Below are positions 17,986 to 25,994 of a stretch of 32,000 nucleotides of DNA, piece by piece (positions within the stretch are counted from its first letter, which is position 1; each line of letters begins with the position of its first letter). Made by a program: the position numbers and the translations under genes. The DNA is taken from positions 7,742 through 39,741 of the forward strand of contig CAIRAY010000133.1 of NCBI GenBank assembly GCA_903876665.1, read 5' to 3'. This DNA comes from an uncultured Fibrobacterota bacterium (GTDB lineage: Bacteria > Fibrobacterota > Fibrobacteria > Fibrobacterales > Fibrobacteraceae). The notes under the pieces were generated by a model that searched no databases, was not told the DNA's origin, and was given only the letters and a program-made list of their open reading frames with translations.

Positions 17986-19851
17986 TTGAAATTGCTTTCA
18001 ATTTTCCTTGCAGTTTTACTTGGGCTTTCGAGTCTGGGATTTGGCCAAGAGTCTGAAAAGGAACGCCGTTCCCGGCAATTCTCAGCTTATTATGAGTCAT
18101 TGGTAAACCAGTCGCTTACGCGGTATTACCATAACACCTCGTTCATGGTGGATGCCCGGGTGATCCTTGCCGAGCAATCCCAGGCGCTACCGGATTCCCT
18201 CGCCGCTGCCGTGGAGCCCGCAATTGAGCCTCCATCCCAAGCGGAATCTAACAACGAGTTCCGCAATCCCGATGGGCTCGAAGCCCTTCCTGGCCTTCCG
18301 GTGATGCCCGAACAAATGCGCACCGGCGGAAAACCCTTGTTCAATCTGGAGCCCGCCAAGGCCCGTTCCCCCGCTCCCAACCCAGTGACCCGCACGGAAC
18401 TTGGAATTGAGTACATCGACATTACGGTTCTGGTGGATACCGTGTACTCTCCGGAAGATGTGGAGTTCATCATGGAGCTTGTGGGCATGGTATCCAAATT
18501 GGATGATGCCCGTGGCGACCGGGTTTTTGTCCGTAAGAAGGTATTTCCTCGGATGTCCCGGGAGCTGGAATCCGAACACCGGGTCCGCAATGACAGCATG
18601 CCCCATCCTGTCGATACGGTTCATCTGGATTCACTTGCGGAGAAATCCCATCCTTGGAATGCCTATTGGGAGCAATTGCCCTCCTTGCTTCCCCTCTTGC
18701 TGATTCTGGTTTTTTTGACCGTGATTGTCGCTGTCGTGGTCCGGGGTTTGCGTAGCGCACAAATTCCACCCGAGCTGATCAAGCACCTGGAAACCTCGCG
18801 AATGCCCGTGATTCCTCCTGTGGTGGAACCGTCCAAGCCCATGCCACAAGCCCCCGAAGCTTTGGATCAGGCCAAGTTTGACACACAACGTACCGCCTGT
18901 TTGAATGCGCTCATCGGCGACCCGGTGGGTGGAGCCATGTTGCTCAAAAACTGGATTGAGGCCGACCGTTCTAAAGGCCTGAGCGACACTGCGGTATTCA
19001 TTGAATCCCTGGACACCAAGGTTCTGGAAATTCTCAAACCCCACTTCCAGCCCCAGGATCTGAAGGGCTTGCATTTGCAGATGGACGTGCAGACCATGCC
19101 TTCCCTCGAAGACCGCACCAGTCTTCTCCTTACCTTCCACAAGGAATTGCGCAATCTCCGGTCACGAAGCACGGACGGAACTATCGCCGATATTTTTGGT
19201 TTCCTTCATCAGCTTTCCACGCCTCAGCTCATGCACATTCTAAAAGACGAACCTGTGGGGATTGTGGGACTTGCCTTGGCGCAAATCCCGGGCGAGCGTG
19301 CAGGCCTAATTCTGCAACAAATGGAGCCCGACTTCCGCACCCAGGTTTTGGTGGCCATGGGTCAAATCGACACCATCCCCGTGCAAGCCTACAAAGAAGT
19401 CGCTAATCGCCTATCCCGCAAGGCTCTTGAGGTGGGGAACATGCGTTTTGTTGCTGCGGATGGCGTACAAACTGTTCTCGATATTGTTCAGGGTCTGGGC
19501 CTGGTGGAACAGGTGGAATACCTGCGTTCTATCGCCGAGCGCGACTTGAATTTGGCCGGTCGCCTGCGTCGGTTCTATGCCCTGTTTGAGGAAATTCCCT
19601 ATTTGCCCGAGCCCATTTTGGTCAAGGTTCTCAATACTTTCGAGCGGGAACAGCTCGTTTCATCCCTGGTGGGAACCGAGGCGGATTTCCGTGAAAAACT
19701 CTTGATGTCCATGCCTCAGAGATTCCGCATGGCTGTTGATTCGGGCCTGGAAAGCAAAATGGATCAGAGCCCTCTGGAAACCGAAAGAGCCCGCAAGCTT
19801 TTGCTTGGGCTTATCCGTCAAGAATTGCAGGCCGCAGGAGGTCGCACATGA
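17986..19851 (+). CDS. FliF(C-terminal)-FliG fusion-like motor protein: signal peptide, periplasmic FliF RBM3/collar-like region, one TM, cytoplasmic FliG N/M/C-like domains
   Basis: Signal peptide MKLLSIFLAVLLGLSSLGFG; FliF-like IEYIDITVLVDTVYSPEDVEFIMELVGMVSKLDDARGDRVFVRKKVF; TM LLPLLLILVFLTVIVAVVVRGL; FliF tail-like IGDPVGGAMLLKNWI. FliG_N-like AVFIESLDTKVLEILKPHFQPQDLKGLHLQMD...LLLTFHKEL, FliG_M-like QLMHILKDEPVGIVGLALAQIPGERAGLILQQMEPDFRTQVLVAMGQIDTIPVQAYKEVANRL, and FliG_C-like LRRFYALFEEIPYLPEPILVKVLNTFEREQLVSSLVGTEADFREKLLMSMPQRFRMAVDSGL. Confidence 0.78.
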   Translation: MKLLSIFLAVLLGLSSLGFGQESEKERRSRQFSAYYESLVNQSLTRYYHNTSFMVDARVILAEQSQALPDSLAAAVEPAIEPPSQAESNNEFRNPDGLEALPGLPVMPEQMRTGGKPLFNLEPAKARSPAPNPVTRTELGIEYIDITVLVDTVYSPEDVEFIMELVGMVSKLDDARGDRVFVRKKVFPRMSRELESEHRVRNDSMPHPVDTVHLDSLAEKSHPWNAYWEQLPSLLPLLLILVFLTVIVAVVVRGLRSAQIPPELIKHLETSRMPVIPPVVEPSKPMPQAPEALDQAKFDTQRTACLNALIGDPVGGAMLLKNWIEADRSKGLSDTAVFIESLDTKVLEILKPHFQPQDLKGLHLQMDVQTMPSLEDRTSLLLTFHKELRNLRSRSTDGTIADIFGFLHQLSTPQLMHILKDEPVGIVGLALAQIPGERAGLILQQMEPDFRTQVLVAMGQIDTIPVQAYKEVANRLSRKALEVGNMRFVAADGVQTVLDIVQGLGLVEQVEYLRSIAERDLNLAGRLRRFYALFEEIPYLPEPILVKVLNTFEREQLVSSLVGTEADFREKLLMSMPQRFRMAVDSGLESKMDQSPLETERARKLLLGLIRQELQAAGGRT

Positions 19852-20972
19852 AGCGCTTGATTATTGCCCTTGCTCTTTTATGCGCCTGGCCCTCGTTTGC
19901 GGAAGACCTGAAGGCTCCGGCTTCCTCCAAAGAAAAGCAAAAAGTTCTTTTCTACGAAGACATGTACGGAAGCCGTACCGGCATCAAGCAATTCTATGAC
20001 ATCCTGAGTCAGATGCAGCGCGCCATCGGCGATCTTCCTCCCGACATCCAGCGCCTCGCCATGTACAATCTGCGTGTGGACCGCGATGACTTTACCCCGG
20101 GGATGATGAAGTTTTTTCAAGGAAAAATCGAAGAAACCTTTATCAAATATGGCCGCCGTCAGATCGTTGCCGCACCCGAATTGCGCTCCACTCGCATTGT
20201 TTCCACCGATACCTCCTTTGTCCTTTCCAATACCTTGCCTACCCAGAATGACCTGTGGAAAATTGGAGAAGCCTTGCGCCTGGACGGATTCATCGAAGGC
20301 AATTTAACCCGCAGCGAAATGGGGGATATTATGTTGAGCCTGAAGGTATTCCGCCACAAAAGCGCCGAGGTGGTGTGGTCGGGAAGCTTTGTCTCTGGGC
20401 CCAATGAGGATAAATACTATTTCCCCCTTATGGATATTGGAACTCGACTTTCCTTTGGCTATTGGCCGGTTTCAAAATACACGGATGAAACCGAAACTAT
20501 TCGGGAGCCGACCCTCAAATTGGACATGTACCAATACGCGGTGGAATTTACCGTGAGTGAAGCCGCAAATAGCAACCGGAGACTTTACTTGGGCGCAGCT
20601 GCTGGGCTAAGTTTTCTTTTCCCGGTGGCCGATAATCCCCGGGATTCCGTGGTGGGTGACTTGCCTTCGAACTGGGTGGGCATTGCTGGGGCCGATTTGG
20701 TGTATGTATTTGTTGCCAAAGAGAATTTTGACGATGGGTATTGGCTTGGGGCCTATTTAGGAATGCGGGTGTATTTCCCACAAAAATTGATCATCATCCG
20801 TCATGGCTACTCCAGTCGAATTTCTCGCCACTTCATTCTTTCCGCAGGGTTGCAATTCATGCCACTTCTCGATCAGCTGATTGCAAGCAAGTCTCTATTG
20901 TCCACTACGGGTGATTACGAGCTTAAACTGCAGAACCCTACCTATGAAGTGAGTATTCAGTATGCCTACTAA
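19848..20972 (+). CDS. Predicted outer-membrane/periplasmic protein in the motor operon; N-half loosely FlgO/CsgG-like, C-half beta-barrel-like
   Basis: Signal peptide MKRLIIALALLCAWPSFA; IGEALRLDGFIEGNLTRSEMGDIMLSLKVFRHKSAEVVWSGSF resembles the FlgO/CsgG core. Amphipathic C-terminal strands end in aromatic ...YEVSIQYAY. ATGA overlap with the upstream gene. Confidence 0.5.
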   Translation: MKRLIIALALLCAWPSFAEDLKAPASSKEKQKVLFYEDMYGSRTGIKQFYDILSQMQRAIGDLPPDIQRLAMYNLRVDRDDFTPGMMKFFQGKIEETFIKYGRRQIVAAPELRSTRIVSTDTSFVLSNTLPTQNDLWKIGEALRLDGFIEGNLTRSEMGDIMLSLKVFRHKSAEVVWSGSFVSGPNEDKYYFPLMDIGTRLSFGYWPVSKYTDETETIREPTLKLDMYQYAVEFTVSEAANSNRRLYLGAAAGLSFLFPVADNPRDSVVGDLPSNWVGIAGADLVYVFVAKENFDDGYWLGAYLGMRVYFPQKLIIIRHGYSSRISRHFILSAGLQFMPLLDQLIASKSLLSTTGDYELKLQNPTYEVSIQYAY

Positions 20973-21747
20973 TCCTTTTTGGTTGCCACGGATCCTGGGC
21001 CTAAGCATGGTCTGCGCTTTGGTGGCTTGCTCCAGCAATCCTCCCCAGGAAGAGGGCTACTTGCCTGGTTCCGCATCGGATGATTCCGCTGGCTGGGCCC
21101 AAACTCCGATCCGTCCCGTACAAAAGCAGAGACCCGTTTCGGGGATCACCATGACGTACCACAATGATGCGTCGACATTGCAGATGACGATTGACCCATA
21201 CGATGAAAATTTGAACATCGAAATGAAACGGAGTCCGCACACCCAAGAGGTGGCTGTTCCTGAAAAACCGCGCCGGGATACGGTCTTCATGATGTCCCCG
21301 CAAGCAGCCTCGGCTCCTACAAATGTATCGGTACAAGCTCCTCCGACTTCCGTGAATGTGCAATTACAGCTTCCTCCAGAGCGTCGGGATTCCTCCAAGG
21401 CGGTTCCAGCGATTGATACTGCCGGGCTCGGCCAAAAGCAGCTGGACCTGCTCAAATCCAAGGAGAAGGAATGGGCAGATGCGACCGATGAGGTGATCAC
21501 CAATATTCGTCTGGCCCAAGAATACTTCTACAAACAGGACTATTCCTCTGCGCTTCGTCTGGTAAAGATCGCAGAAGAAAAGCGCCCTACCGCCGAGGGA
21601 TATGCCCTGCGGGGAAGCATCATGTATATGTTGCGGGATAACGGCGCGGCCCGTTTTTACTGGAGCCAGGCTCTAACGCTCAATCCTAATCTTCCCGATG
21701 TAATCCAAGCGCTTTCCAAGCTGGATCAGACGAAGGAAGGTCGCTAA
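20962..21747 (+). CDS. Lipoprotein with C-terminal TPR-like repeats
   Basis: Lipobox in ILGLSMVCALVACSSNPP; C-terminal NIRLAQEYFYKQDYSSALRLVKIAEEKRPTAEGYALRGSIMYMLRDNGAARFYWSQALTLNPNLPDVIQALSKL is TPR-like. 11-bp overlap with the upstream CDS. Confidence 0.65.
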   Translation: MPTNPFWLPRILGLSMVCALVACSSNPPQEEGYLPGSASDDSAGWAQTPIRPVQKQRPVSGITMTYHNDASTLQMTIDPYDENLNIEMKRSPHTQEVAVPEKPRRDTVFMMSPQAASAPTNVSVQAPPTSVNVQLQLPPERRDSSKAVPAIDTAGLGQKQLDLLKSKEKEWADATDEVITNIRLAQEYFYKQDYSSALRLVKIAEEKRPTAEGYALRGSIMYMLRDNGAARFYWSQALTLNPNLPDVIQALSKLDQTKEGR

Positions 21748-22562
21748 TGCCTCTTTCACTGTCCACTCTTGCCGGAGTGATTTTTGGAACCATTGTGGTG
21801 ATCTGGGGTATTTCCACTGCAACCACCAACACGAGGGCCTTTCTGGATCTGGGAAGTTTTTTGATTGTGGTGGGTGGAACGTTGACCTCGACATTTATCG
21901 GGTTCCGGGCCCGCTACATTTTTAAGGCGTTGCTCGCTCTTCCGCTGATTTTTCTGCGTCAGCGCATTAATCCAGAAAGCCTGCGTGATGATATTCGTAA
22001 GGTCATTGATTGGAATAAGCGAATTCAGGAAGGTGGGGCAAAGGCTCTGGATGTTTTGGCGACGGATTCGAAAGAGTCGGATTTTGTGCGTTACGTATTT
22101 GGCCTGGTCGCAACGGGATACAAGGAACATGAGGTCGAAGCATTTTCTACCACACAGATTGAGGAAGAATATTTCCGTGGCCTTCAGCAGCCCAATATTC
22201 TAGCCTACATGGCTGCTGCCGCCCCGGCTTTTGGAATGCTCGGTACTTTGATCGGTCTGATTGCGATGTTGGATAAATTGGATGATCCATCCAAGATGGG
22301 ACCCGGCCTTGCTCTCGCCCTGATTACCACCCTCTACGGAGTGATCGCTGCCCGCTTTGTCTTTTTACCTGCATCTACCAAGGTAAAGCAGATTTATGGC
22401 ATTCAGCGTTTTCGCAACTATTTGCTTCTCGAGGGGGTGGGCCTAATCATGCAGAAGCGGTCGGCCCTGTACATTCAAGATCGGTTAAACTCTTTTATGG
22501 ATACCAAGTATCGACTTTCGGTGCTGGATGAGAAGACCAGCCAAGCCAGCAAGTCCAAGTAG
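21747..22562 (+). CDS. motA: MotA-like stator protein
   Basis: FLDLGSFLIVVGGTLTSTFIGF; ILAYMAAAAPAFGMLGTLIGLIAMLDKLDDPSKMGPGLALALITTLYGVIAARFVFLP. TAATG junction with the upstream CDS. Confidence 0.9.
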   Translation: MPLSLSTLAGVIFGTIVVIWGISTATTNTRAFLDLGSFLIVVGGTLTSTFIGFRARYIFKALLALPLIFLRQRINPESLRDDIRKVIDWNKRIQEGGAKALDVLATDSKESDFVRYVFGLVATGYKEHEVEAFSTTQIEEEYFRGLQQPNILAYMAAAAPAFGMLGTLIGLIAMLDKLDDPSKMGPGLALALITTLYGVIAARFVFLPASTKVKQIYGIQRFRNYLLLEGVGLIMQKRSALYIQDRLNSFMDTKYRLSVLDEKTSQASKSK

Positions 22563-22568
22563 GTCTCC

Positions 22569-23249
22569 ATGTCTCTTAAGAGTCAACCCAATCGCTACCG
22601 CAATGATGAAGGATATGATTCTGCGGGCATGGATGAATGGCTGGGAACCTATTCCGATATGGTTACTCTGCTTCTCGCCTTCTTTGTTTTGATGATGGGA
22701 ATTTCGAAGGTGGAACCCGCATTGTGGGAATCCATGAAATCAGGTCTTCGTTCCGAAATTTCTGGCCAGGAAAAAGTAAAAACACCCCTCGCTGAAATTA
22801 AGCATGACTTGGATTCTCTTCTCTCGGTGGAGCAAGCCCAGAACCTGGTAAAAATTGAAATGACCCAAGAAGGGATTGTGATGAAATTTGCCAGTTCCGC
22901 CTTTTATCAGGCGGGAAGCGCCGAGGTCGGAGCCCAAGCCAAAGGGATCATGGATCGGGTTGTTGTTGCGATGAAGAATATCGATTATTACCCGTTTCAA
23001 ATTGATATTGAAGGGCACACGGACAATGTCCCCATACATACCGAACGATATCCCTCCAATTGGGAACTTTCCGTGTCTCGGGCAACCAACATCGTGAAGT
23101 ACATGCTCGCCCAAGGGGTTGCCCCCGATCGTCTCAAGGCGGCTGGTTACGCGGATACCAAGCCAATTCTCCCCAACCTCGATTCATTGGGGAAGGGAAT
23201 CGACTCCAATCAGGCCCAGAATCGGCGCATTGTCGTCCGTATTCATTGA
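22569..23249 (+). CDS. motB: MotB-like stator protein with OmpA-type peptidoglycan-binding domain
   Basis: WLGTYSDMVTLLLAFFVLMMGIS (plug/TM with the channel Asp), then FQIDIEGHTDNVPIHTERYPSNWELSVSRATNIVKYML...RLKAAGYADTKPI...QAQNRRIVVRI. Confidence 0.92.
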   Translation: MSLKSQPNRYRNDEGYDSAGMDEWLGTYSDMVTLLLAFFVLMMGISKVEPALWESMKSGLRSEISGQEKVKTPLAEIKHDLDSLLSVEQAQNLVKIEMTQEGIVMKFASSAFYQAGSAEVGAQAKGIMDRVVVAMKNIDYYPFQIDIEGHTDNVPIHTERYPSNWELSVSRATNIVKYMLAQGVAPDRLKAAGYADTKPILPNLDSLGKGIDSNQAQNRRIVVRIH

Positions 23250-23260
23250 TTTTAAACGCC

Positions 23261-23977
23261 ATGCCCAGCCAATACAGCGAGCTTCATGGCGTTCATATTC
23301 GGAAGACCATCGAGAAATTGTGTCGTCGCATTCACGAGCGTTTTCCTGGGTCCGGACTGGGTGGAGTTGCTGCGGAGCTGGAGCAGGTTTCTGCGGAAAA
23401 TGAACGAGTGGTGAGCCAATTACAAAAGCCGATTTGGTGGCTGCGAGTGCTCACCGTGATTGCGATTGGCTCCTTGGTTAGCTTGTTTTCTTGGGTCGCC
23501 TTTCGGTTGGCAACCCTTGCGCTTACGGGTGCAGCGACTCTTTCCGACGTTCTGCAGGGCATGGATGCGGGCATCAATGAAGTCGTCTTTCTTACTTTGG
23601 CAATAGCCTTCCTGGTGTCTTTGGAGAATCGTATCAAGCGTGGCAAGGCCTTGCGCATCCTGCATAAATTGCGGAGCATTGCGCATGTGGTGGATATGCA
23701 CCAACTTACCAAGGATCCAGAATATCTATTATATCCCGAGGCTCCTTTGGCCAATTCTCCGGAGCGCTTGTTGGACCGACATCAATTGGTCCGCTACTTG
23801 GATTACTGTTCCGAATTGCTTTCCTTGACCGCAAAACTTGCCGCATTGCACGGGCAGTCCATGCAGGATGCCCAGGTGCTAGAAACGGTCAATGATTTGG
23901 AAAGCCTTGCTTCGGATCTCTCCCGCAAGGTTTGGCAGAAGATCTCCATCTTGAGATCCTCCGGCGATGGAAATTAA
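23261..23977 (+). CDS. Conserved-looking membrane protein, last gene of the motor operon
   Basis: ATG at 23261 (MPSQYSELHGVHIRKTIEKL...), 12 nt after the motB stop; the ORF track's earlier start at 23060 lies inside motB. Two predicted TMs (WWLRVLTVIAIGSLVSLFSWVAF; VVFLTLAIAFLVSL). Unknown function. Confidence 0.7.
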   Translation: MPSQYSELHGVHIRKTIEKLCRRIHERFPGSGLGGVAAELEQVSAENERVVSQLQKPIWWLRVLTVIAIGSLVSLFSWVAFRLATLALTGAATLSDVLQGMDAGINEVVFLTLAIAFLVSLENRIKRGKALRILHKLRSIAHVVDMHQLTKDPEYLLYPEAPLANSPERLLDRHQLVRYLDYCSELLSLTAKLAALHGQSMQDAQVLETVNDLESLASDLSRKVWQKISILRSSGDGN

Positions 23978-23980
23978 CGA

Positions 23981-25075
23981 TTAGACATTGAAGAGGAAGT
24001 GAACGATGTCGCCGTCTTGGACGACATATTCCTTGCCTTCGGTGCGCATGACTCCGGCTTCTTTGGCACCGCCCCAGGATCCGTATTTGCGGAAGTCCGC
24101 AAAGGCGACCGTTTCCATGCGGATGAAGCCCCGCTCGAAGTCCGTGTGGATCACGCCGGCGCAGGCAGGAGCCTTCCAGCCCTTATGGAATGTCCAGGCG
24201 CGAACTTCTTTTTCACCGGCAGTGAAATAAGTCTGCAAGCCCAGAATGTTATAGCCGGTGCGTACCACTGTGTCGAGTCCACTCTCCGGCAGTCCGAGTT
24301 CCTTGAGGAATTCAGCCTTGTCGGCGGGTTCCATGGTGGAAAGCTCTTCTTCGATTTTTCCGCTGATGACAACGACCTGGGAGCCTTGGGCGTCGGCAAA
24401 CTTTTTAAGGGTATCCACATAGGCGTTGCCAGTGAGAATGTCTTCTTCTTTGACATTGGCGCAATAAAACAGAGGCTTGGCGGTGAGGAGAGCGAGCTCC
24501 TTGATGAGCTCCAGGCCCACATCGCCGGCGTCGATTTTGCGGGCGGGAACGCCTTTGCCGAGTTCTTCGACGATGTATTCCAATGCGTCAAGGCGGGCCT
24601 TGGCATCTTTGACACCTACGCGGGCATTTTTTGCTTCGGCAGGGCGACGCTTCTCCACGCTGTCTAGGTCCTTGAGAATCAACTCCGTCTCAATGATCTC
24701 CACATCGCGCAGGGGGTCGGTGGAACCATGAACGTGGATGATGTTTTCATCGTCGAAGCATCGCACCACTTCCATGATGGCTTCGCATTCGCGGATGTGG
24801 GTGAGGAATTGGTTGCCCAGGCCTTCGCCTTTGGATGCACCCTTTACCAGACCAGCGATGTCAACAAATTGGGTGACGGCCGGGAGGATTTGGCGAGGCT
24901 TGTGGACTTTGGCGAGCTCATCAAGGCGGCCATCCGGAACATTAACCATGCCCACATTGGGGTCGATGGTGCAAAATGGGTAATTGGCGGCTTCGGCGCC
25001 GGCATTGGTGATTGCATTGAAGATGGTGGATTTGCCCACATTGGGGAGACCGACAATACCGCACTTGAAACCCAT
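23981..25075 (-). CDS. ychF: YchF/OLA1-type redox-regulated/ribosome-associated ATPase
   Basis: MGFKCGIVGLPNVGKSTIFNAITNAGAEAANYPFCTIDPNVGMVNVPD...DIAGLVKGASKGEGLGNQFLTHIRE...TFHKGWKAPACAGVIHTDFERGFIRMET...GKEYVVQDGDIVHFLFNV. ATG at 25075. Confidence 0.95.
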   Translation of the reverse strand: MGFKCGIVGLPNVGKSTIFNAITNAGAEAANYPFCTIDPNVGMVNVPDGRLDELAKVHKPRQILPAVTQFVDIAGLVKGASKGEGLGNQFLTHIRECEAIMEVVRCFDDENIIHVHGSTDPLRDVEIIETELILKDLDSVEKRRPAEAKNARVGVKDAKARLDALEYIVEELGKGVPARKIDAGDVGLELIKELALLTAKPLFYCANVKEEDILTGNAYVDTLKKFADAQGSQVVVISGKIEEELSTMEPADKAEFLKELGLPESGLDTVVRTGYNILGLQTYFTAGEKEVRAWTFHKGWKAPACAGVIHTDFERGFIRMETVAFADFRKYGSWGGAKEAGVMRTEGKEYVVQDGDIVHFLFNV

Positions 25076-25193
25076 AGAAACCTCACAAATTTTGAAGTCC
25101 AAATGTAGAAAATGCAACCGAGTCCCTGCGATGCCTCGTATTTCTGACATTATGATGGAAAATCTAGGGCGAATGAATGATTAGATTTCCCCC

Positions 25194-25991
25194 ATGAAGT
25201 CTTTAGCAGCCCTTTTCCTGACCTTAATGCTGTTTGCTGGTTGCTCCAAGCATCCCGAACCTGGAGTAGAGCCTTCCCGGGGCGAAGCCGCGCCTTGTGA
25301 CGGGTGCGCTCAAGGTGGGGACCCCAAGCTCACCGTGGTGGATTCTTCCATTTGGATGGAAACGGTTCCCGGGTTTTCCCTAGGCCAAATTTCACGTCCC
25401 CTGGGTGTTTTGCCTTTTATCCAGGTGGAGGCAATCTCTCCCCCAAAGTGCAAGTTCTGCCAGGCTTTTAGCGGGGAAGGGGTTGAGTTTGATTTTGGCT
25501 CGGCCCAGGACAGCCTTCTTTCCGCAGTGGATTCCACCCTGCAGCCTTCCTTGCTCATGCCTGGATTGCAGGTTCCCGAACGGGATTCGGTTTTGTTTCC
25601 CCTACTGCTCGATTCGATTGCGGCACTCCCCTTTGTCGAGGGGAAAGCGTTATCTGACTTTGGCCCCTGGGAAGAACGGGGAAACCAGACCACGGAAATG
25701 CTACGGAATATTCCGCCCTCCTTGAGGACCAAGCTCTCTCAGCTCGCTACCCGGTATGGAGTGAATTCCCTGGTTATGCCCGTGAGGTGTCGAGTGGAAA
25801 TGGATCCCGGTGCCGGGGAAGAGGGTGGCTATACTTTCCAGATTCTCTGGATGCTATTTGACGCGAAGAAGAGTCAGTTTAGCATGATTGTGCACGCCAA
25901 ACTGACGATCGAGACCCAAGGCGACGCCCCTCCTGATCGAGGTTGGAGTCACCCATTCATGGTCTGGCTTGGAAAGAACCTAGCCCAATAG
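25194..25991 (+). CDS. Hypothetical lipoprotein
   Basis: Lipobox MKSLAALFLTLMLFAGCSKHPEP; no recognised domain. Convergent with the next gene with only 3 nt between stops. Confidence 0.65.
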   Translation: MKSLAALFLTLMLFAGCSKHPEPGVEPSRGEAAPCDGCAQGGDPKLTVVDSSIWMETVPGFSLGQISRPLGVLPFIQVEAISPPKCKFCQAFSGEGVEFDFGSAQDSLLSAVDSTLQPSLLMPGLQVPERDSVLFPLLLDSIAALPFVEGKALSDFGPWEERGNQTTEMLRNIPPSLRTKLSQLATRYGVNSLVMPVRCRVEMDPGAGEEGGYTFQILWMLFDAKKSQFSMIVHAKLTIETQGDAPPDRGWSHPFMVWLGKNLAQ

Positions 25992-25994
25992 GGC

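Noticed and set aside
23060-23260. Upstream extension of the 305-aa ORF into motB
   Set aside because: The extension lies in another frame of motB and is not protein-like; the ATG at 23261 gives a sensible N-terminus.
23999-24667. 222-aa plus-strand ORF
   Set aside because: Antisense to ychF, a highly conserved gene; shadow ORF.
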